From NCBI GenBank assembly GCA_965140415.1, contig OZ223209.1, positions 256,001 through 320,000 on the forward strand: a stretch of DNA of 64,000 bases, given 5' to 3'. Shown here piece by piece: positions 56,322 through 64,000 of the stretch (its first letter is position 1; the number at the start of each line of letters is the position of its first letter). The position numbers were made by a program, and so were the translations under genes. The stretch is from Myxococcota bacterium. Lineage in GTDB: Bacteria; Myxococcota_A; SURF-8. Under the pieces are notes generated by a model. It saw only the letters and a list, made by a program, of their open reading frames with translations, made no database searches and was not told where the DNA came from.

Positions 56322-57722
56322 ATGACGCGAGTTGATGAAATGAAATTGTTTGTAATGATGTTGATAATTCTAGGAATTTCAGGAATTCCGCAGCTGTCCC
56401 GCGCAGAAGAAATGACTTTGGAAACCTGTTTTGAACGAGCGTTGGAGCATAATGAGAATTTAAAAGCGGCGCGTCTGGAGATTCAAGCTCGCGAACACGA
56501 CAGCAAAAGCGTTCGCAGCCATTTTCTTCCCGTTTTACGAGCGGAAGCCAACGCCCTGTTCTGGGATTCGGGCAATCGCTACAGTTTCGATGTAAGTGGT
56601 TTTCAACAGCTTTTCGATGGTTTTGCCGGACAGCTCGGTTTTTCACCGGCTCCGCAAGTCCCGCCCATGGAAGTTCAAGTCCGCGAGGATATTACCATCG
56701 ATACGACCGTGATGCTGATCCAGCCCCTGACCCAGTTGGTTCAACTTGCCTATGGATTTAAAGCCACCGAACAAATGGCCCAGGCTGCCCGCGCGGAAGG
56801 TCTGACCGAACGTCATCACCTGGAGCTGGAAGTCGTCAAGTCCTTCTTCGCGAATTTGAGCGCCAAGGAAATGCTGCTTTCCGTGGAACAGGCACAAAAA
56901 CAGGTGGAAGCCTATATCGAACAGACTCAGAACTATTTGGAAAGCGGCCTGGTGGAAAAGGACGCCATGCTGAAGATTCAAGTGCAGGCAGCGGAATTGA
57001 AGCAGGCCCGCCTGCAAGCCGAAAAGGGCGTGCGCCTTACGACGGCGATGCTGAACATGTTGATGGGCCGCCCGCTAGACGCCGACTTGTCACTGTATTG
57101 CGCCAGATGCAAAAACCCGTCCCTGCAATTAGAAGAAACCCTGGATAGCCAGCAGAGAGCCGCCGTGGAAAATCGTCCGGAGCTGATGAACGCTCGTTAT
57201 CAGGCCACGGCAGCCCAGCATGCACGCTCGGTCGCCATTGGAGAAATGTTGCCTGAAATCAATCTGGTAGCCGCCTACAAGAACAATTATGGCATGGGCG
57301 ATCTGATGCAGGAAAACGAGTTTTTCGGCGGGGTCATGCTGACTTGGAATGTCTGGGATTGGGGCGCAGGCTACCACAAAGTGAAAGCTGCTGAGTTGCG
57401 GCGCGATCGCGCTCAAGCCAAGATTCGCGCCGCCGAGGACGGTATCCGGCTGGAAGTGGAACAGAAACGGCTGGATCTGAAAAATGCCAACGCGTTGTAT
57501 GAAGTGGCCATGAGCAAGCTGCTGCTTGCCGAGGAAAACCTGCGTCTTGAGACCAATCGTTATGCCGCCCAGCAAACCACCACGACGGATCTGCTTTCCG
57601 CTCAAACTGCCGAACTTCGCGCCAGAAACGATGTCACCGTGGCTGCGATGACCATCGAGGTGGCGCGTCGGGATTTAATGAAAACGCAAGGCATGGATTT
57701 GTTTGAAGACGAAACGAAATAG
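56322..57722 (+). CDS. TolC family outer membrane efflux protein
   Basis: Signal peptide; LETCFERALEHNENL, AVENRPEL, LTWNVWDWG, two-fold OEP repeat. Confidence 0.9.
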   Translation: MTRVDEMKLFVMMLIILGISGIPQLSRAEEMTLETCFERALEHNENLKAARLEIQAREHDSKSVRSHFLPVLRAEANALFWDSGNRYSFDVSGFQQLFDGFAGQLGFSPAPQVPPMEVQVREDITIDTTVMLIQPLTQLVQLAYGFKATEQMAQAARAEGLTERHHLELEVVKSFFANLSAKEMLLSVEQAQKQVEAYIEQTQNYLESGLVEKDAMLKIQVQAAELKQARLQAEKGVRLTTAMLNMLMGRPLDADLSLYCARCKNPSLQLEETLDSQQRAAVENRPELMNARYQATAAQHARSVAIGEMLPEINLVAAYKNNYGMGDLMQENEFFGGVMLTWNVWDWGAGYHKVKAAELRRDRAQAKIRAAEDGIRLEVEQKRLDLKNANALYEVAMSKLLLAEENLRLETNRYAAQQTTTTDLLSAQTAELRARNDVTVAAMTIEVARRDLMKTQGMDLFEDETK

Positions 57723-57809
57723 TACGCATTGCAAAACGAAGATACCGAATCGATTCCCGGTTCGGACAAGGATTGAGGATTACGCAATTTCGACCGGAGG
57801 AAATGAAAC

Positions 57810-58898
57810 ATGAGGCAAGGTATTGTATGGACATTGGCGCTGGTGCTTATAAGCGGGGTTTCGCTTGGGGCCTGCTCGGAGCATCAAAGCATCTCTTTGG
57901 AGAAACCGCTTCCGACTGCCGTGGTCTCGGTAACGGAAGTTGAACCGAGTGCCGACGCAGCGTTTTTCCATGCCGTCGGTCGGGTTAAAAACGTGCGTGA
58001 ATCCACCATCTCCGCGAAAGTAATGGGAAAAGTGACCCAGATCCGCGTGAAGGCCGGTGACAAGGTCAAGGCCGGAGAGGTACTGGCGCGCATCGACGAT
58101 CGCGACTCGCGAGGGCGGGTCGAGCAGGCGCGAGGCGCATTGGCTCAGGCAAAAGCCGCAAAGAAAATCGCCAGACAGATGCTCGACCGCATCGAAAAGT
58201 TGAAAGAACAGGATTCGACCAGCCAGGCGAAATACGACAAAGCCCAGTTCGACTATCAGTCCGCAGTCGGTGCGGTATCCCAGGCGCAGGGCGCCTTGCA
58301 AACGGCGGAAAGCTATTTGCGGGAAACCGTGATCAAAGCTCCGTTTTCCGGTGCAATTGTGGACACCATGATCGAAGTCGGCGAGATGGCTTCGCCCGGT
58401 TATCCCATTCTGCGCATGGAAGGCGCGCCGGATCTGGAATTCGAAGCCACCGTCAACGGCCAGGATATCGAGTCGCTCTCGGTGGGACAGAAAGTGGTGG
58501 TCGATCTGGATGTCGCCAGGGACGAAAAGAAGGAAATTGCAGGCGAAATCCGTGAAATCGTGCCGAGCCAGGACCAGATCACGCACTCGTCACTGGTGCG
58601 CATCCACTTGAATACAAAAGAGAAATTGCGTAGCGGCATGTTCGGACGCGCCCAGTTCCAACGGAGCGTGGGTAGTTGCCTGGGCTTGTTGATTCCGGAA
58701 AACAGGGTGCTGCGTAATGGCCAGCTTTCGGCGGTGTTCGTACTGGATGACAATCACATTCGCCTGCGGCTGATCAAGGAAGGCCGCAAACAGGCTGACC
58801 GGGTGGAAGTGCTCGCCGGATTGAAAGCGGGCGACCGACTGGTGGCAAGCGAACTAGATGATCTGATCGACGGTCAACCGGCGACAACGGTGCAGTAA
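57810..58898 (+). CDS. RND efflux periplasmic adaptor subunit
   Basis: Lipobox LGAC; lipoyl motifs ISAKVMGKV...GDKVKAGEVLARID and IKAPFSGAI; LRSGMFGRA. Confidence 0.93.
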   Translation: MRQGIVWTLALVLISGVSLGACSEHQSISLEKPLPTAVVSVTEVEPSADAAFFHAVGRVKNVRESTISAKVMGKVTQIRVKAGDKVKAGEVLARIDDRDSRGRVEQARGALAQAKAAKKIARQMLDRIEKLKEQDSTSQAKYDKAQFDYQSAVGAVSQAQGALQTAESYLRETVIKAPFSGAIVDTMIEVGEMASPGYPILRMEGAPDLEFEATVNGQDIESLSVGQKVVVDLDVARDEKKEIAGEIREIVPSQDQITHSSLVRIHLNTKEKLRSGMFGRAQFQRSVGSCLGLLIPENRVLRNGQLSAVFVLDDNHIRLRLIKEGRKQADRVEVLAGLKAGDRLVASELDDLIDGQPATTVQ

Positions 58899-58918
58899 AC
58901 GTGGAAGGTGGAAAATCA

Positions 58919-61900
58919 ATGGCGGATACCAACGAACAAAACGAGCGCAACCGCAGACGCTTCGAGCGCAAGGAAGTCGGAACTGCAGGAAAGATTGCGG
59001 CGGCGTTTCAGGATAGCAAGCTAACCCCGATTCTCATTTTCGCATCGCTCTTTCTGGGATTCTTTGCAACCCTGATTACTCCCAGAGAGGAAGAGCCCCA
59101 GATTGTCGTTCCGATGGTGGATATTTTCACCATGGCTCCGGGGCTGGCATCCGAAGAGATCGAACAACTGGTCAGTACACCGATGGAAAAACTGCTTTGG
59201 GAGATTCCCGGTGTAGACGATGTTTACTCTACCAGCCGTCCGAACATGTCCATGGTCATCGTACGCTTTCACGTCGGTGAAGACGAAGAGGACAGCCTGG
59301 TCAAGATCTACAACAAAATCCAGGGAAACATGGATCGCATTCCCATCGGCGTGCAGCAGCCGCTGATCAAACTGCGCGGTATCGACGATGTGCCCGTAAT
59401 GGCCGTTACGTTGCACTCGCGAGAATACGACGGATACTTCCTGCGTCAGGTCGCAGGCGAGGTCGCCACGGAATTGAAAAAGGCCGAGGATGTCAGCGAA
59501 GTTACGATCATCGGCGGGGAACCGCGACAGATCAAAGTCGAGCTGGACCCGGAGCGATTGTCGGGTTACATGCTGAGTCCCTTGCAGGTGTATCAGGCCA
59601 TTCATCGCGACAACCAGAATCTGTCGGCAGGCGCATTCGATCGCGGCGGAGTGAACTTCCTTGTTGAGGTAGGCGACTTCTTCCGTAATGCCGAGGAAGT
59701 CGGCAATACGGTAGTAGCCGTGTACAACAACCGCCCGGTGTACCTGTCGGATGTCGCCGAGATCACGGATGGTCCGGCTGAAGTTTCCAACTACGTGCTG
59801 CACCTGGATGGCGCAGCCAAGGGCGAAAAGGCGGATCGCGTGACGAGCGGGGGTGGCTGGCCCATGCAGGAAGAGCAGGCGGTGACCATCAGTATCGCCA
59901 AACGCACGGGTGCAAATGCCACGTGGTTGACGAAACATTTGCAGAAACGCTTGAAGGATTTCGAAGGGTCGTTGATCGTAAGCGGGATCGATTATGAAAT
60001 CACACGTGATTACGGTAAAACGGCGGAGGAAAAAAGCAATGAGTTGATCTTCCACATGGCGCTGGCGACTGTTTCGGTGGTGATTCTGATGTGGATTTTC
60101 CTGGGATTCAAGGAGGCGCTGGTCGTACTTGTAGCCGTGCCGGTCACTTTGGCGTTAACCCTGTTCATCAGTTACTTCTTCGGCTATACATTGAACCGGG
60201 TCACGCTGTTCGCCTTGATTTTCGCCATCGGGATTCTGGTAGACGATGCCATTGTGGTAGTGGAGAACATCCATCGCCACTTCCGAATGGGCTGGGGCGA
60301 TTTGAAGACAATTACCCCCTTCGCCACCGATGAAGTCGGCAATCCCACTATCCTGGCCACCTTCACCGTCATCTTTGCGTTAATGCCCATGGCCTTCGTC
60401 TCCGGCATGATGGGTCCCTACATGAGCCCGATTCCGATCAACGCCAGCGCGGCCATGATTTTCAGTTTGCTGGTGGCTTTTATCGTAACCCCCTGGATGA
60501 CCAAACGCCTGCTGGCGATCAGCGAGCGCAGAGCCAACCGAAAACATGCCAAGCCTTCTCACCCGGGTGAACCCGGCGACGAGCACGATTCTCCGGTGCT
60601 AGTGGGTCGCGTATATCGCGCCATCGTAAGCCCCATGGTGGATCATGCCGGTATTCGCGCGGTTGCACTGGTTACCGTGGTTGCACTGCTGCTCGGCTCC
60701 ATGGCGCTTGTGTATGTTCGCGCAGTGAAAGTGAAAATGCTGCCGCATGACAACAAGTCCGAATTCCAGGTCATCATCGACACCGATGAAGGTACGACGC
60801 TGGAAGAAACGGCTGCCGTCACCCGCGAAATCGCACAGTATATCGCCAAAGATCCGGTGGTCAGCGACGCACAGATCTACGTGGGCACCGCTTCGCCGAT
60901 GAATTTCAACGGCCTGGTGCGTCATTACTTCCTGCGGGAAGGCGCAAACGTAGCGGATATCCAGGTCAACCTGGTAGACAAGCACGCCCGCAGCGAAAAG
61001 AGTCATGATATCGCCAAACGGCTACGCCCCGGAATCACGCGCATCGGCAACCGCTATGGAGCCGCCACCTTAGTGGCCGAAGTGCCTCCGGGTCCGCCGG
61101 TGCTCTCCACCATGGTCGCTGAAATCTACGGTCCGAATCTGGAAGGGCAACGGGAACTGGCGGGAGAAGTGAAAACCCTGTTCGAAAAAAGCGATGCCAT
61201 CGTGGATGTGGACTGGTACATCGAAGCTCCACAACCCGAATTCACCTTGACGGTGGATAAGGCCAAGGCGGCGCTTTCCAATGTGACCACCGAGCAGATC
61301 ACCAATACCGTCGGACTGGCGCTATACGGCAAAGCGGCGGGTCTGCTTTATACGCAGCGCGACCGGGAGCCGGTGCCGATTCACGTGCAGGTAAACCGCG
61401 ACCAGCGCAGCAGTATCGACGATCTGTCCGAAATCAAGGTGCATGGGCGCGACGGTCGCCTGGTGGCCGTGAAGGAGTTGGCAAGTCAGGATCTGCATCA
61501 GCAGTCACCTTTCATCTACCACAAAAACCTGCGGCGCGTGGTGTATGTGACCGGCGAAGTAGCCGGAGAAGAGGAAAGCCCGGTTTATGCCATTTTGGAC
61601 AACATGCCGAAAATCGATGCGCTTACAGGCCCGGACGGGCACCCGATCACCCAGGAAATGAGTGAACTGCCGGACAACGAGGCACGCTATTCGCTGAAAT
61701 GGGACGGTGAATGGCAGATCACTTACGAAGTCTTCCGCGATATGGGCATCGCTTTTGCCGTGGTACTGATTCTGATGTACGCCCTGGTCGTGGCCTGGTT
61801 CAAAAGCTTCATTACTCCGATCATCATCATGATTCCGATTCCGCTGACCTTGATCGGCATTCTGCCCGGTCATTGGCTGACAGGCACCTACTTCACCGCT

Positions 61901-62224
61901 ACAAGCATGATCGGCTTCATCGCCTTAGCTGGAATTATCGTTCGAAACTCGATTCTTATGGTCGACTTCATCGAACAGGAACTGGAGGCGGGATCGAAAT
62001 TGAAAGATGCCGTTTTAGAAGCCGGTTCGATCCGTTTCCGCCCGATCTTTTTAACTGCCGCTGCATTGGTGGTGGGAGGTGCGGTCATCCTGCTCGATCC
62101 GATCTTCAGTGGTCTGGCAGTAAGTCTGATCTTCGGTGTCGTCATTGCAACGGCACTCACGTTGGTCGTCATTCCGATCCTTTATTACATGGTTCATCAA
62201 TACATGAACAAAAAGGCCGTATAA
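58919..62224 (+). CDS. RND efflux permease subunit (AcrB/CusA superfamily)
   Basis: TPREEEPQI, GILVDDAIVVVENI, PPGPPV, GIIVRNSILMVDF, RFRPIFLT. Confidence 0.95.
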   Translation: MADTNEQNERNRRRFERKEVGTAGKIAAAFQDSKLTPILIFASLFLGFFATLITPREEEPQIVVPMVDIFTMAPGLASEEIEQLVSTPMEKLLWEIPGVDDVYSTSRPNMSMVIVRFHVGEDEEDSLVKIYNKIQGNMDRIPIGVQQPLIKLRGIDDVPVMAVTLHSREYDGYFLRQVAGEVATELKKAEDVSEVTIIGGEPRQIKVELDPERLSGYMLSPLQVYQAIHRDNQNLSAGAFDRGGVNFLVEVGDFFRNAEEVGNTVVAVYNNRPVYLSDVAEITDGPAEVSNYVLHLDGAAKGEKADRVTSGGGWPMQEEQAVTISIAKRTGANATWLTKHLQKRLKDFEGSLIVSGIDYEITRDYGKTAEEKSNELIFHMALATVSVVILMWIFLGFKEALVVLVAVPVTLALTLFISYFFGYTLNRVTLFALIFAIGILVDDAIVVVENIHRHFRMGWGDLKTITPFATDEVGNPTILATFTVIFALMPMAFVSGMMGPYMSPIPINASAAMIFSLLVAFIVTPWMTKRLLAISERRANRKHAKPSHPGEPGDEHDSPVLVGRVYRAIVSPMVDHAGIRAVALVTVVALLLGSMALVYVRAVKVKMLPHDNKSEFQVIIDTDEGTTLEETAAVTREIAQYIAKDPVVSDAQIYVGTASPMNFNGLVRHYFLREGANVADIQVNLVDKHARSEKSHDIAKRLRPGITRIGNRYGAATLVAEVPPGPPVLSTMVAEIYGPNLEGQRELAGEVKTLFEKSDAIVDVDWYIEAPQPEFTLTVDKAKAALSNVTTEQITNTVGLALYGKAAGLLYTQRDREPVPIHVQVNRDQRSSIDDLSEIKVHGRDGRLVAVKELASQDLHQQSPFIYHKNLRRVVYVTGEVAGEEESPVYAILDNMPKIDALTGPDGHPITQEMSELPDNEARYSLKWDGEWQITYEVFRDMGIAFAVVLILMYALVVAWFKSFITPIIIMIPIPLTLIGILPGHWLTGTYFTATSMIGFIALAGIIVRNSILMVDFIEQELEAGSKLKDAVLEAGSIRFRPIFLTAAALVVGGAVILLDPIFSGLAVSLIFGVVIATALTLVVIPILYYMVHQYMNKKAV

Positions 62225-62253
62225 GCGATGCAACCGACAAGAGAGGGTAAGTC

Positions 62254-62568
62254 ATGAACATGAATATGAAAATGCTGATCATCATTGTGGATGTTCGCTT
62301 CCGAGACGACGTGGAGACGATCCTGGAGAAACATGAAGTGAACGGTTTCAGCGAAATTCCCATGGTGCTGGGCGAAGGTTTGAGTGGCAAGCGCTTGAAT
62401 TCCCGCCTGCATCCGGATACGAACTCGATCATCTTCAGCATCGTCGAAGAATCCAAAGTGTCCTCGATCAGGCAGGATCTTCAATCTCAATGCACGGAAA
62501 ACCGGGAAGACGGCGTTTGCGCCAGCCGGGTGCATCTGGCGGTGGTGAATGTCGAAGAGTTCGTTTAA
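62254..62568 (+). CDS. P-II-like transporter-associated small protein
   Basis: MKMLIII...GFSEIPMVLGEGLSGKR P-II-like pattern; directly follows the RND permease. Confidence 0.7.
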   Translation: MNMNMKMLIIIVDVRFRDDVETILEKHEVNGFSEIPMVLGEGLSGKRLNSRLHPDTNSIIFSIVEESKVSSIRQDLQSQCTENREDGVCASRVHLAVVNVEEFV

Positions 62569-62702
62569 ATCCACTATTGGTTGATTGTATAGGCAAACGG
62601 GTGCCCGGGTCTTCGATTCGGCACGAATCGATGGCCCGGTATCCTCTACCTTGCAAAAGAAAGGCCGAGCCACCCTTGGCTGTGACTCAAGCACAGGAGG
62701 CA

Positions 62703-62909
62703 ATGATGATTGTCAGCGATTATATCGCCTTGATAGCGGGAACATTCATTTTGATCAGTGTAGCGCTGGGTATCTGGGTTACACCCTGGGCTTTCGCCTT
62801 TACTGCCTTTGTCGGGGTGAACCTGGCTCAGTCGGCGTTCAGCAAAACCTGCCCGATGATTGCACTACTACGAAAACTGGGAGTTCCCAGCGAGAGAAGC
62901 GAGACTTAG
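62703..62909 (+). CDS. DUF2892 (YgaP-like) membrane protein
   Basis: IAGTFILISVALG...FTAFVGVNLAQSAFSKTCPM; RBS AGGAGG. Confidence 0.88.
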   Translation: MMIVSDYIALIAGTFILISVALGIWVTPWAFAFTAFVGVNLAQSAFSKTCPMIALLRKLGVPSERSET

Positions 62910-63077
62910 ACCAGGTATTATTCACTGGTTCTATGAATTTGTGCCATAGTCTTACACGATCCGAGATCGTGGAAGGCTGTGTGTTTTCTTATAGTTACAC
63001 ACGGCTTCCCGGAATCTCCATTCCGTTAGAACAGGCCACATCCCGATTACTCCCTATAATGAATGATATCTGCTCTA
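62907..63077 (+). repeat. Dispersed TAG...CTCTA-bounded structured repeat, copy 3 of 3
   Basis: Aligns with 4123-4308 from TTTGTGCCATA to TCTGCTCTA; the left part is shorter and more divergent. Confidence 0.85.
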
Positions 63078-63998
63078 GTTCTTGTTTGAAGCTTCCCGAT
63101 CGAGCAGAAAACGGATTCCATGGGTCAGACGTCCCAGGTTGATGGGTTTATGAACCCATTGGGCGTGGGCAAATCTCTTTGCTTTCAGGCTTTTTTCCAT
63201 CTTGGGATCACCTACCACAAATACAAACGCTTGATCGGCTTTGATTTTTCGGATGTCTTCGGCGATGCTGGCCGGATCGAGCATGCTGTGCAGATCCGTA
63301 TCGAAAATCACCAGATGGATTTCATCCTGCAATTGCTCGAACAAGGTGATGCCGTCTGCCGTGGTATTGGCGGGAATCACGCGGTATCCAAGGCGCGTCA
63401 AACTGCTTTGCAGCAAACTGCGTACCACTTCTTCCTCGCTGATCACCAGTACGCTTTCTTCGCCCCGCAACGGTTTCTCGCGTTCTTCCTCGTGTTTTTC
63501 CATCGCGGGGGTATGTCGAGGCAGCATGATACTGACCGTGGTGCCTCCATCGGAACCCATATCCACGAAAACCCGTCCGCCGTGACTGCGAGCAATGACA
63601 TCCACCATGGAGAAGCCGAGACTGAAGGGATCTTTGTTCGGGTTATTACTGAATTCGTAATCGAGCAATGACTTCAAACTCTCTTCATCGATTGCTCGCC
63701 CCGTATCGGAGAGACAAATCAATACATGCTTACCGGCGGCCAGACCGCGCTGCGACCATTCATCGCCTTCGCGTACCACTTCCGCACGGGTCGATAATGT
63801 CACTTTGCCTTCGGTCATGGTGTCATTGACGTTGATGCACAGATTCAGCATCATCTGCTGAATTTGCGCCGGATCTCCCTTGATTTGCAGGCTGTGCGAA
63901 CTGATGCGCTGCAATAAGCGGATCGAGGTCTTCATCGTGACGAGCATGATCTTGTAGACGTATCGCACCACGGAATTGATATCGAAGATTTCGGTGAC
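63075..63998 (-). CDS. Partial hybrid histidine kinase-like protein (degenerate HATPase + receiver)
   Basis: The frame stays open to the window edge; GDPAQIQQMMLNLCIN N-box, SDTG, HGGRV, C-terminal receiver with LVIFD and HKP. Confidence 0.8.
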   Translation of the reverse strand, partial: VTEIFDINSVVRYVYKIMLVTMKTSIRLLQRISSHSLQIKGDPAQIQQMMLNLCINVNDTMTEGKVTLSTRAEVVREGDEWSQRGLAAGKHVLICLSDTGRAIDEESLKSLLDYEFSNNPNKDPFSLGFSMVDVIARSHGGRVFVDMGSDGGTTVSIMLPRHTPAMEKHEEEREKPLRGEESVLVISEEEVVRSLLQSSLTRLGYRVIPANTTADGITLFEQLQDEIHLVIFDTDLHSMLDPASIAEDIRKIKADQAFVFVVGDPKMEKSLKAKRFAHAQWVHKPINLGRLTHGIRFLLDREASNKN

Positions 63999-64000
63999 TT

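Noticed and set aside
62590-62650. GGCAAAC followed by a hairpin as a c-di-GMP-I riboswitch
   Set aside because: It lacks the GAAA-tetraloop stem and the GACGCAAAGC segment of that aptamer.

Overview
A 64-kb bacterial chromosomal window with about 50 genes. The gene content (Cys-rich and DGD-rich lipoproteins, choice-of-anchor D, PPC, SBBP and IgGFc-binding surface proteins, a sigma-54 activator, RRM RNA-binding proteins) suggests a deltaproteobacterial/Myxococcota-like organism; that is inference. Housekeeping genes are purM, panC, a deoxynucleoside kinase, nikR and an LpxL-like acyltransferase. Envelope and transport loci are two MMPL transporters, a TetR-led LolA-like/ABC/outer-membrane operon, and a TolC-MFP-RND operon divergent from an ECF sigma factor. 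There are also three glycosyltransferases, a cluster of secreted hydrolases, one IS200-type element and three families of short dispersed intergenic repeats. The most striking unannotated feature is at 27551-28205. Directly behind a sigma-54 response regulator lie enhancer-like palindromes and a consensus -24/-12 promoter, followed by about 490 nt with no credible ORF. The 5' and 3' ends of that stretch pair over a long interrupted stem that encloses at least five hairpins, and its G-U wobble pairs favour the + strand. It is a strong candidate for an undescribed large structured sigma-54-dependent ncRNA. I saw no rRNA, tRNA or CRISPR array. All alignments and folds were done by eye.
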